A program made the translations under genes and the position numbers. The notes below the pieces were generated by a model. It ran no database searches. It saw only the letters and a list, made by a program, of their open reading frames with translations, and was not told the origin of the DNA. A stretch of DNA of 64,000 nt from an uncultured Prolixibacteraceae bacterium (GTDB lineage: Bacteria > Bacteroidota > Bacteroidia > Bacteroidales > FEN-979), in contig CAZTSX010000010.1 in assembly GCA_964616825.1 (NCBI GenBank), forward strand, positions 525 through 64,524, written 5' to 3'. This document shows positions 19,200-27,553 of the stretch, piece after piece. Numbering within the stretch: the first letter of the stretch is position 1; each line of letters starts with the position of its first letter.

Positions 19200-20175
19200 T
19201 GCTATCCTCTCCTTTTTTAATGAAAATCCTGATTTGATTCCGCCAGGGGTCGAGGACCAGGATCCTCTCCTCTGAATCTACTGCCAGGTCAAGTCCTCTC
19301 GTTCCCTGGTCAAACTGATCGGGTGCAGCTACCAGGCATTTGAACTCTCCCGATGGATGAAAGACTTTCACATGTTCAATTCCCTTTTCACTGGTTACGA
19401 ACGAACCATCAGAAAGCATGGCAAAATTTGAGGGATTACAACATCCGCAAAAGCCTTCCACTCCCGTGGAGGTCTCACCCCAGGTGGAGATCAATGAGCC
19501 ATCGGGACGGAATGCCTCAAACAGGTGTCGTCCGGAGTTGACCACCCACAGTTCGTCATCGCGGCCGATTCCCAGGTCAAAATATGGACTGGGGATCACA
19601 AATCTAGGAATCCCTTTCAGGGAATCCTTTTTTCCGATCAGGTTCAGTAATGTCCCATCACGGTCATAGTGGTAAACAATCTTTTTGCCGGCATCGGCGA
19701 CAAAGATATCGGTTCCGTTTGTGGCTATACTGGTCAGAACAGATGCATCACTCTCCGGTTTCCACCGGTTGATGATCTCTCCTTCCGGATTCATGATCTC
19801 AATGTGGTCAATCATACCCAGCAGGAGGTTCCCATTCGGCGCAACCGCAATACAATATGCTGTATCAGGAAAAGGGAGTTCCGATATTTTCTCTCCGTCA
19901 TGGCTATAGATCTCTACTCCGTTTGCACCAGCTACATAGATCCGATTATCAGTATCTGCGGCTATCCCGTAGATCTCTGATAATCCGGCTGGAAAATGCT
20001 TTATTTCGCGGTATTCGATAAGCGATGTATCACTTTTCCGAAGTTCATTCAATCCTAAATCAAATGGATTATCGCTGGCACCTGATTCAGAGTAAAAGAG
20101 ATCAACCACCAGGTATCCGATTCCTGCTATCAGGAGGATCAGGGCGGTAATAATGATTAATCGTTGTTTCATCAT
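19189..20175 (-). CDS. NHL-repeat beta-propeller protein, membrane-anchored or exported
   Basis: N-terminal hydrophobic anchor; NHL-like repeats (GIAAD, IFVADAG, LAVDSEERILVLDP..QIRIF); FCGCCNP motif. Start at MMKQRL (20175) gives an ATGA overlap. Confidence 0.8.
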   Translation of the reverse strand: MMKQRLIIITALILLIAGIGYLVVDLFYSESGASDNPFDLGLNELRKSDTSLIEYREIKHFPAGLSEIYGIAADTDNRIYVAGANGVEIYSHDGEKISELPFPDTAYCIAVAPNGNLLLGMIDHIEIMNPEGEIINRWKPESDASVLTSIATNGTDIFVADAGKKIVYHYDRDGTLLNLIGKKDSLKGIPRFVIPSPYFDLGIGRDDELWVVNSGRHLFEAFRPDGSLISTWGETSTGVEGFCGCCNPSNFAMLSDGSFVTSEKGIEHVKVFHPSGEFKCLVAAPDQFDQGTRGLDLAVDSEERILVLDPWRNQIRIFIKKGEDSNER

Positions 20176-21608
20176 TCTGCTTTGATGTTTATGCAAACAA
20201 GTTGTTTTGAATCCCTCATCAGCAGGTACCCTCCGGTAATCGCAATCGGTCCCCACGAATCCTGTCCGTCAATGATTTGAGCACGGTCGAGTATGGTAAA
20301 GCGATTTGTTGAAAGTTTCGCAATAGTCATCTCGCCATCGTCATTAAGGATGAAGAATTTACCATCGGCGATGATGTAAGGCCCCATGCCAAACCGGTCT
20401 GTTTTTCCGCTCCTCATCACCACTTCCGTGCAATCGTCGGGGTGAAAACAGACAAATTCATTCCGTAATCCCCCGGCATCTTTTGGCATAATGCCAAAGA
20501 GGTGTCCATTGGAGTAGATCGGGGTTTGTTGCTCAGAAGCCAATCCTTTAGCTGGTTTATATTTCTGAATGATCCCGGCTGAGAATTTTCCGTTTTGTTC
20601 GTTCACTTGCATCACAACTCCACCATATCCGTACCCGGCTGTGAGGAAGATCCTTCCCTGATCCATGATCACCGGCGATGGAGCCACAACCGTTGGAGAG
20701 AACTCCAGGCTCTCCCATAAGATCTCGCCCTGATCCGCTCCTTCGGCAGAGATCCCGCAGACACCTCCTACCGCAGGATAGATGTACATCTTTTTCCCGT
20801 TGAACTGCATGGGCATCACCGATGCATGAGACATCTTCCAACCGTTGGGATTTGGTGTTTTCCAGGCAATGTTCCCTGTTTTGCAATCCACTCCGATCAT
20901 AAGGGATGATCCTCCCACGGCTATGATAGCCGTGTCGTCAACGATCAACGGGCACTGGCCTGTATACCAGAACGGAATTTCTGTTCCGAACTCCTTTTCA
21001 AGGTCTATTCCCCATAGAAAGTCGCCGGATTGCCTGTCCACACACATCACCTGGCACCGTGGACCGATGGTGACCACATATTTGTCGGTTACAGCGGGGA
21101 TTGTCCGGGATAGCCCGTGGTTTCGTTTCAGGTGGACACGATACGAACGACGCCATAACTCCTCTCCTGTTTCCAGGGAGAGACAACGTAAAGCATCCTG
21201 TTTTCTGACTTCATCGTAATCGAGCAGGTAGATCAGACCATCGTATACTGCCGGTGCGGCGTGACCTTCACCCAATTCCAGCGTCCAGAGGATATCCGGA
21301 CCGGAAGGTCCCCATGAGTCAATCAAATGAATTTGTTCTTTGCTGATGTTATCGAGATCGGCTCCACGGAATCGTGGCCATCGGGTACCCGGAACAGGTT
21401 CAACATCACCACCAAATGAGAAAAACTCACCGATATTGACAATTTCCAGTGCCCGGGAAGAATCTACGGTCCGGTTATCCATGCCAGGCGCCGCTATCGA
21501 CAACGATTTCACCGGGTTGTGTGAAAACCACCAGGAAACTACTCCAACAGCAAGAACAACAACTACATACGGAATGTATTTAACTATGTGCTTTTTTGTA
21601 ATTGTCAC
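20172..21608 (-). CDS. PQQ-binding-like beta-propeller protein with N-terminal TM anchor
   Basis: WPRFRG motif, GHAAP, W-docking repeats, SWGP..GG.L.MRD C-terminus; GTG start. Confidence 0.82.
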   Translation of the reverse strand: MTITKKHIVKYIPYVVVVLAVGVVSWWFSHNPVKSLSIAAPGMDNRTVDSSRALEIVNIGEFFSFGGDVEPVPGTRWPRFRGADLDNISKEQIHLIDSWGPSGPDILWTLELGEGHAAPAVYDGLIYLLDYDEVRKQDALRCLSLETGEELWRRSYRVHLKRNHGLSRTIPAVTDKYVVTIGPRCQVMCVDRQSGDFLWGIDLEKEFGTEIPFWYTGQCPLIVDDTAIIAVGGSSLMIGVDCKTGNIAWKTPNPNGWKMSHASVMPMQFNGKKMYIYPAVGGVCGISAEGADQGEILWESLEFSPTVVAPSPVIMDQGRIFLTAGYGYGGVVMQVNEQNGKFSAGIIQKYKPAKGLASEQQTPIYSNGHLFGIMPKDAGGLRNEFVCFHPDDCTEVVMRSGKTDRFGMGPYIIADGKFFILNDDGEMTIAKLSTNRFTILDRAQIIDGQDSWGPIAITGGYLLMRDSKQLVCINIKAE

Positions 21609-21612
21609 CTCG

Positions 21613-21620
21613 CAAAGATA
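21613..21620 (-). promoter_or_regulatory. Bacteroidota sigma-A -7 element (TATCTTTG) upstream of the 21608 gene
   Basis: The reverse complement of 21613-21620 matches TAnnTTTG, in the only sizeable gap (about 200 bp) in the cluster. Confidence 0.55.
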
Positions 21621-21812
21621 ACTGCTTTTGCTTAGTTTTCTTTGATATTATAGGCCATTAGTGTATCGCCATCAATTAAAAACGATTCTGAAAATCCATA
21701 AAATACCTGGCTTCCGTGAAGGTCTTCAAGCATATCCAATGACCATACTATCTCCCTGTTGCCGGCATGAAAACAGGTAATTTTCCCGGGCCCTGTCCTA
21801 GCCAACTTTTCA

Positions 21813-23111
21813 TCAATCCGGTTCTCGGATATTGAATGCCATCAGGACTTCACCATGCCGGACATATAAAATACCGTCGTTGATCACGGGATGCGACCAG
21901 TGGGGGCCGTTCCCTTCTGTAATTTGAAAGCTACTCAGGGGTTCAAATGTTGCCGGATCCGTATTTACCAGAGCCAGGTTCCCATTCTTCTCTTCATAGC
22001 AGTAGAGCATACCATCGGCGAAGATGATGGATCCTTTATTGTGCCATTCTGTTTCATAGGCGGGCTCTCCTGTCTCCCAGTCGATGCAGCACCAGTTCCC
22101 GCTTCGGTTATTGATCCAGTTTGCCCCATAGATATATCCATCCACCAGGACAACTCCCCCATGATGGGTGTCAAGCGTATGATCTGTCCACAGCAGCTCA
22201 ATCTCTGATCCATCTTCAGAGATGGCGAACATAGCGCCTACGTGGTTGTATCCGCTTGTAATATACAATTTGCCATCACGGTACAGGGGTGTGTTGATGT
22301 TGATCTTTGGTGAGTTGATCCATACCTCTTTGCATGCATCGGAATCTGTTTCGTAATAATTATGTTTCCAGATAATTGTTCCATCACTGGCATCCACTCC
22401 GATCAGGTAATTGGCCAGGAAGGTCACAATGATTTTCTTTCCTCCACGTTCGATCAGCAAGGGTGATACATAACCGCTGGTATCCGTGATGCTCTTCGAA
22501 GCCCAGATGGTCTCGCCGGTTATTTTATCCATTGCTACCATGGTTGTTTCTGTGCCGGCAGGGGTATAGATCACTTTATCGTCTGTGATCAGCAGGGATT
22601 CACAAATGCCCCAAACTCCCCATGCGGCATTGAATTTTTTTTCTGCATCGAAGGTCCAGTTAACAGAACCGTTGCTTGCATCTATACATGCGATGGTACC
22701 AGCTCCGCTCAGGACATAGATGCGATCTTCCTCGATTGTGGGGGTTGTTCGCGTTTCAGGGAAGGATTTCTGCCAGGATCTGCCAAAAGGTACTTTCCGG
22801 AGGATTTCGCCCTGCTTTGTCAATTTGATTAAATAATCGGTTGAATCCTGCATGCCCGTAACAAAGATCGCATCATCTGCAATGGCTGTAGAGGAGAAAC
22901 CTTTACCAATACCATCGACCGACCAGATAAGTGCAGGTCCTTCATCGGGCCACGTAGAGAGCAGGTTGGTATCTGTATAGATTCCATTTCGTTCAGGCCC
23001 ACGCCATTGAGCTACGTTCTGGGTGTTGACTGTATATCCAATAAAAAGTAATACAATCAGAAAAGTAATCGGCTTGCAGGTGAGTATCCATTTATACCTT
23101 TGCTGTTTCAT
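21813..23111 (-). CDS. PQQ-binding-like beta-propeller protein, exported
   Basis: Signal-like N-terminus, AQWRGP motif, W-docking repeats, HWSHPVI..G.LYVRHG C-terminus; start at MKQQRY chosen to avoid overlap. Confidence 0.82.
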   Translation of the reverse strand: MKQQRYKWILTCKPITFLIVLLFIGYTVNTQNVAQWRGPERNGIYTDTNLLSTWPDEGPALIWSVDGIGKGFSSTAIADDAIFVTGMQDSTDYLIKLTKQGEILRKVPFGRSWQKSFPETRTTPTIEEDRIYVLSGAGTIACIDASNGSVNWTFDAEKKFNAAWGVWGICESLLITDDKVIYTPAGTETTMVAMDKITGETIWASKSITDTSGYVSPLLIERGGKKIIVTFLANYLIGVDASDGTIIWKHNYYETDSDACKEVWINSPKININTPLYRDGKLYITSGYNHVGAMFAISEDGSEIELLWTDHTLDTHHGGVVLVDGYIYGANWINNRSGNWCCIDWETGEPAYETEWHNKGSIIFADGMLYCYEEKNGNLALVNTDPATFEPLSSFQITEGNGPHWSHPVINDGILYVRHGEVLMAFNIREPD

Positions 23112-23118
23112 CGATGAG

Positions 23119-24336
23119 TTATCTTTTTTGGATATCATATACCATCAGGGCATCTCCGTGTCGGATAAAGAGCTTTCCATCAGCAATTACCGGGTGTGCC
23201 CAATGGTGGTCCTCACCATAGGGAACCTCAAATGAACTCACTTTATTATACCCGGAGGTTGTTGGTTTCACCAGTACAACTTCACCACTGTCATTATAAC
23301 AATAAAGCATTCCATCGGCATAGATGACCACCCCTCTGCCCATCATATCCACTTCACCGATATCCAGTCCGGTTTTCCAGTCAACACAGAACCACCCTTC
23401 ATTCGAATCGTCTGATCCATAGATCCGATCTCCAAGCACCACAAATCCGCCCATCCGGTTGTCGATTGAAATATTACGCCACATCTCCTGCTTGACTGAG
23501 CCATCGGCTGAAAGTTTTAGCTGGATTCCTCCTTTACCGTACCCGGATACACAGTAAAGATAACCATCCCTGTAATAGGGTGTGTTGGCATGGACCGACC
23601 ATCTGTTGGTTTGTGGATGTGACCAGAGCAGTTTCCCGTCATTCGCGTCAATACCCATAATGGAATTAGCTGTCTGGGTTACAAGGAGTTTTCGCTTTGG
23701 CAGTTTTACCAGCAGAGGTGAGCAATAGGCACTTACTTCTGATTTTCCCTCACCAGACCAGATCAGTTCGCCGGTATTTCGGTTAAGTGCAATCACGTTA
23801 TTTTTTTTACCTCCCGGAGCGCAGAAGAGGATATCTCCATCGATCAGCAGATTTTCAGTGACACCCCATTTGATATTACGTCCGTCGTAATCCTTAAACA
23901 GGTCAACCTCCCAGAGTTTTTTCCCGTTTGCAGCATCCATACAAAAGATCTTGCCGAAAGCACTCATCATATATAATTTACCATCTACATATAGTGGAGT
24001 GCTTCGGGTCCCTGGCCAGCTTGCGACCCAATCAGGACCATAAGGAACTTTCCACTGCAGTTCTCCTTCCGGTGAAAAACAAAAGATATATCCTGTCTCC
24101 TCCAGTGTTCCGGCAGTATAAATCTTGTCTTCCGTTACTACTGCAGAGGCATGGCCCTGACCCAGGCCATCAATATGCCAAAGAAGGGTGGGGCCTGCTT
24201 CAGGCCAAGATTTCAGGAGGCCGGTTGCCGGGTATTTTCCATTGCGGTGAGGGCCGCGCCACTGGACAATTTCCTGTGTCATCAACTCTCCGCTGAAGAT
24301 CAGTATACAAAGGATCAATGAAAAAATTCTGCTCAT
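23119..24336 (-). CDS. PQQ-binding-like beta-propeller protein, exported (tandem paralog of the 21813 gene)
   Basis: Signal peptide, VQWRGP, RSTP, HWAHPVI..G.LFIRHG; collinear similarity to the neighbouring gene. Confidence 0.84.
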   Translation of the reverse strand: MSRIFSLILCILIFSGELMTQEIVQWRGPHRNGKYPATGLLKSWPEAGPTLLWHIDGLGQGHASAVVTEDKIYTAGTLEETGYIFCFSPEGELQWKVPYGPDWVASWPGTRSTPLYVDGKLYMMSAFGKIFCMDAANGKKLWEVDLFKDYDGRNIKWGVTENLLIDGDILFCAPGGKKNNVIALNRNTGELIWSGEGKSEVSAYCSPLLVKLPKRKLLVTQTANSIMGIDANDGKLLWSHPQTNRWSVHANTPYYRDGYLYCVSGYGKGGIQLKLSADGSVKQEMWRNISIDNRMGGFVVLGDRIYGSDDSNEGWFCVDWKTGLDIGEVDMMGRGVVIYADGMLYCYNDSGEVVLVKPTTSGYNKVSSFEVPYGEDHHWAHPVIADGKLFIRHGDALMVYDIQKR

Positions 24337-24360
24337 ATTGAATTGTATTTATGGTTGCTT

Positions 24361-25059
24361 TTATTTGTTCTTTTTTGAGAAACTGATTTGGTCCAGAGGC
24401 AGGGTATATCCAACATCTATCCCAACGCAAATCGTTTTCCCCACGACGTAAGAATCCCGCAAGACATCGCTCAATCCCTGGAAGTAATTTATTTTCGCAA
24501 AGAAGGTTCCGGGACCTAAACGATAGGTTGCTCCTGCCTCCACAGCAATGGAGAAATCAACCACGTTGAACCGGGCAAACGGAGTCATTGAATCGCGGGC
24601 CCGGTAAGGGGCCTGTTCGGCGATATTCAGGTATCCTACAGCAAAATCGACCTTCGGGCCAACACCGGCAAAGATTCCGAATTTACTCTCACGGAATTGA
24701 TAATGGTATTTCAACAGGAATGACCATCCTATGTAATGCTGGTTGGCTTTATAGGAGAAATAATCGTTCAGTGTATCAACGAAAGTGATATTCGAGATTC
24801 CCATCTCCTGATAATGCAATCCTGTTGAGATATAAAACTGGCTCCCAATATCCAAATCGATTGAGAGGGAAGCGTGAAATGAGCTTCTGTTCGGTTTTAG
24901 AGTGACGTAATCGAGGAGATAATAGTTATAATCAGGGCGCTTATATTCAGCTACGCTTGTATGGGTGAACAGGTATCCTGCTGCAAGACTGAAGCTATTC
25001 TGGCCCTGAAGGGTTCCCAGCGAAAAAACCATGATCAACACAAATAGGAGTTTCTTCAT
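24361..25059 (-). CDS. Outer-membrane beta-barrel protein (porin/PorT-like)
   Basis: Signal peptide MKKLLFV..., alternating aromatic beta-strand pattern, about 230 aa. Confidence 0.68.
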   Translation of the reverse strand: MKKLLFVLIMVFSLGTLQGQNSFSLAAGYLFTHTSVAEYKRPDYNYYLLDYVTLKPNRSSFHASLSIDLDIGSQFYISTGLHYQEMGISNITFVDTLNDYFSYKANQHYIGWSFLLKYHYQFRESKFGIFAGVGPKVDFAVGYLNIAEQAPYRARDSMTPFARFNVVDFSIAVEAGATYRLGPGTFFAKINYFQGLSDVLRDSYVVGKTICVGIDVGYTLPLDQISFSKKNK

Positions 25060-25083
25060 TTCATTAAAATTAAAGTCCGAATG

Positions 25084-25091
25084 CAAAAATA
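25084..25091 (-). promoter_or_regulatory. Bacteroidota -7 element (TATTTTTG) for the minus-strand cluster
   Basis: TAnnTTTG match about 25 nt upstream of the barrel gene ATG. Confidence 0.5.
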
Positions 25092-25190
25092 GTTTTTTTT
25101 AAATAGCTAAGGATAAGGAGGAAAATAATCAAGCTGTTTAAAATTTCACAATAGTCGCTTTACCCTGGTTGTCAAAGTGAAATTTATTAA

Positions 25191-25198
25191 TATCTTTG
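25191..25198 (+). promoter_or_regulatory. Bacteroidota -7 element (TATCTTTG) for DUF485-actP
   Basis: TAnnTTTG match about 30 nt upstream of ATG 25230, in an AT-rich divergent intergenic region. Confidence 0.55.
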
Positions 25199-25229
25199 GC
25201 CACAAATAAAAAAAATAAAGGAGGAAAAC

Positions 25230-25502
25230 ATGATACATGAACCAGCAGCACCCGTTGAAAAAGATAATGCGATCCAAAGAAAAACCAGATTAGGTGTCAT
25301 ATTATTTATAATATACACCCTGATTTATTCCGGTTTCGTTGTTATTGGATTAACAGATCCTGAGTTGATGGGAGTAGACATTATTGGAGGTCAGAATCTG
25401 GCAATTATTTATGGATTTGGTTTAATCTTATTAGCCATAATAATGGGATTCTTCTACAACTACTTTTGCACCAAATTTGAGAACGAAATGAATAAAAACT
25501 AA
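25230..25502 (+). CDS. DUF485 (YjcH-like) small membrane protein, ActP partner
   Basis: 90 aa, two TM helices, directly upstream of an SSS permease (conserved pairing). Confidence 0.85.
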   Translation: MIHEPAAPVEKDNAIQRKTRLGVILFIIYTLIYSGFVVIGLTDPELMGVDIIGGQNLAIIYGFGLILLAIIMGFFYNYFCTKFENEMNKN

Positions 25503-25520
25503 CTACTCAAAACTAAAGAT

Positions 25521-27446
25521 ATGATTTACGGAGTTTCAAACCTGGCCATAATCATTTTTGTATTTATCGTTGCTGTTGTTCTGGGATTGTCCTTTTTCTT
25601 CGCCAGAAAAACAAAATCCTCAAAAGGCTACTACGCTGCCGGAGGAAAAATTCACTGGGGAGTTAATGGTATTGCATTTGCCGGTGACTACCTGTCTGCA
25701 GCCTCTTTTCTGGGAATCTGTGGTATGATTGCCTTTGCTGGTTACGATGGATTTCTCTATTCTATTGGATTTCTTGCTGGCTGGGTCGTTGCCCTTTTCC
25801 TGGTTGCCGAACCCTTGAAAAGGCTTGGCAAGTATACATTTGCAGATGCGTTAGATGCAAAATTCAATTCGAAGTCGATCAAACTTGCTGCAGCAATAAG
25901 CACCCTTGTTGTCTCTATCTTCTATCTCATTCCTCAGATGGTTGGAGCAGGTGACCTGGTTGTTCCATTGCTTGGACTGCCTCACTGGATGGGCGTTGTT
26001 ATTGTTGGTTCGATTGTGATTTTTATCGTCGCCACTGCCGGTATGACATCAACCACCTATGTTCAGTTTATCAAAGGAGCCCTACTTGTTATTTTCTCAA
26101 CAGTGCTTACTATATATGTGTTGAAAAACGGATTGACGTTAACTCCTAATGACGACTATCACAAATTCGCTAAAATCGAGGCCCTTGTTGCTAATGATAC
26201 AGTGGTAACCATTCCTGACGCCGAATATATTGTTGAAAAAACAAAAGTGGTTGGTAAGCTGGTGTTTGTGAAACTGGAGAAGTCGGATGGCCCATCCTGT
26301 TGGTATAAGTTATCCACAAAAGATGGCAATGCTTCACTGGATGAAGTGATCTATACGACTCTTCTGCCGGATGGAGAGAAATTATATAACGGGGCACCAA
26401 AAGAAGATGGGAAATTCTTCCAGGTCGGTCACCTCAGCAAAATCGTCATTAACGGCAAAGAGGTGGATAAGACAGGCCCTGTGGGTCCATTCAGGTTTTT
26501 GAAAACACTCGAGTCGAGTGAAGTGGTCCGTTTCACTAAAAAATCGTTCATGAATGGTGAAAACAAAATTACCGTCTGGTATCAGAATGTTACGCCAGGG
26601 AAAGCGGTGATGGAGCCGGGTTTAAAGTATAAATTATCAAAAGCATCCGGGGCTACAATCTGGGATAAATTGAATTTCTTGTCGTTGATGCTCGCCTTAT
26701 TTTTAGGGACGTCGGCGTTACCACATATCCTGATCAGGTATTATACCGTACCCAATCAGCGTGCTGCCAGAAAATCCACCATCGTCGCCATTGCCGCCAT
26801 CGGCTTCTTTTATATGTTAACACTGTTTATGGGACTTGGTGCTATGATCAACGGTGTTTTGGATGTTGAAAGCAGTAACATGTCGGGGCCACTTCTGGCT
26901 AAAGCATTTGGTGTTAGCCTGTTTGCCATCATATCGGCCATTGCATTTGCCACTGTACTTGGTACTGTGAGCGGATTGATTATTGCCTCCTCCGGAGCTA
27001 TCGCCCACGACTTTATTGACAACTACCTGAAAGTTCAGATGACGGATAAAGGTAAAGTGCGGGCAGGAAAAATTGCTGCTTTCTCCGTAGGTATCCTTGC
27101 CATAATTTTAGGTATCCTCTTTAAAGGGATGAATGTGTCATTCCTTGTCGGGCTGGCATTCGCCGTGGCAGCATCCGCTAACCTGCCTGCCATCTTATTC
27201 TTGCTGTTCTGGAAGAAAACTACGGCAAAAGGAATTGCATGGTCGGTCATTGTGGGTGTCGTATTCTCTATCGGTATTATTCTTTTTTCACCATCCATGT
27301 GGGAAAGGTATGGACTGGCAGCATCTGATGCTCCTATTCCATTAGATAACCCCGGGATTATTTCAATCCCTTTGGCCGTGATTACACTTGTTGTTATTTC
27401 ATTAATGACTCAGAAGGATAACGCAACCAAAGATTTTGCCAGATAA
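25521..27446 (+). CDS. actP: Cation/acetate symporter (sodium:solute symporter family)
   Basis: NGIAFAGDYLSAASFLG, YLIPQMVGAG, GTSALPHILIRYYTVP and AASANLP motifs; preceded by DUF485. Confidence 0.9.
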   Translation: MIYGVSNLAIIIFVFIVAVVLGLSFFFARKTKSSKGYYAAGGKIHWGVNGIAFAGDYLSAASFLGICGMIAFAGYDGFLYSIGFLAGWVVALFLVAEPLKRLGKYTFADALDAKFNSKSIKLAAAISTLVVSIFYLIPQMVGAGDLVVPLLGLPHWMGVVIVGSIVIFIVATAGMTSTTYVQFIKGALLVIFSTVLTIYVLKNGLTLTPNDDYHKFAKIEALVANDTVVTIPDAEYIVEKTKVVGKLVFVKLEKSDGPSCWYKLSTKDGNASLDEVIYTTLLPDGEKLYNGAPKEDGKFFQVGHLSKIVINGKEVDKTGPVGPFRFLKTLESSEVVRFTKKSFMNGENKITVWYQNVTPGKAVMEPGLKYKLSKASGATIWDKLNFLSLMLALFLGTSALPHILIRYYTVPNQRAARKSTIVAIAAIGFFYMLTLFMGLGAMINGVLDVESSNMSGPLLAKAFGVSLFAIISAIAFATVLGTVSGLIIASSGAIAHDFIDNYLKVQMTDKGKVRAGKIAAFSVGILAIILGILFKGMNVSFLVGLAFAVAASANLPAILFLLFWKKTTAKGIAWSVIVGVVFSIGIILFSPSMWERYGLAASDAPIPLDNPGIISIPLAVITLVVISLMTQKDNATKDFAR

Positions 27447-27553
27447 CTGTTGACTACTATTGTTCACAAATCGAAAGCCAACCTGGTCCTTATTTACAGG
27501 TTGGCTTTCTTCTTTTCCTTATATTTACATGAAATTGCTTAAATTCCCTGTTC

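Noticed and set aside
9980-24336. Calling the propellers PQQ-dependent dehydrogenases
   Set aside because: Only the generic W-docking repeat is visible; there is no recognisable quinoprotein active-site motif and no pqq genes in the window.
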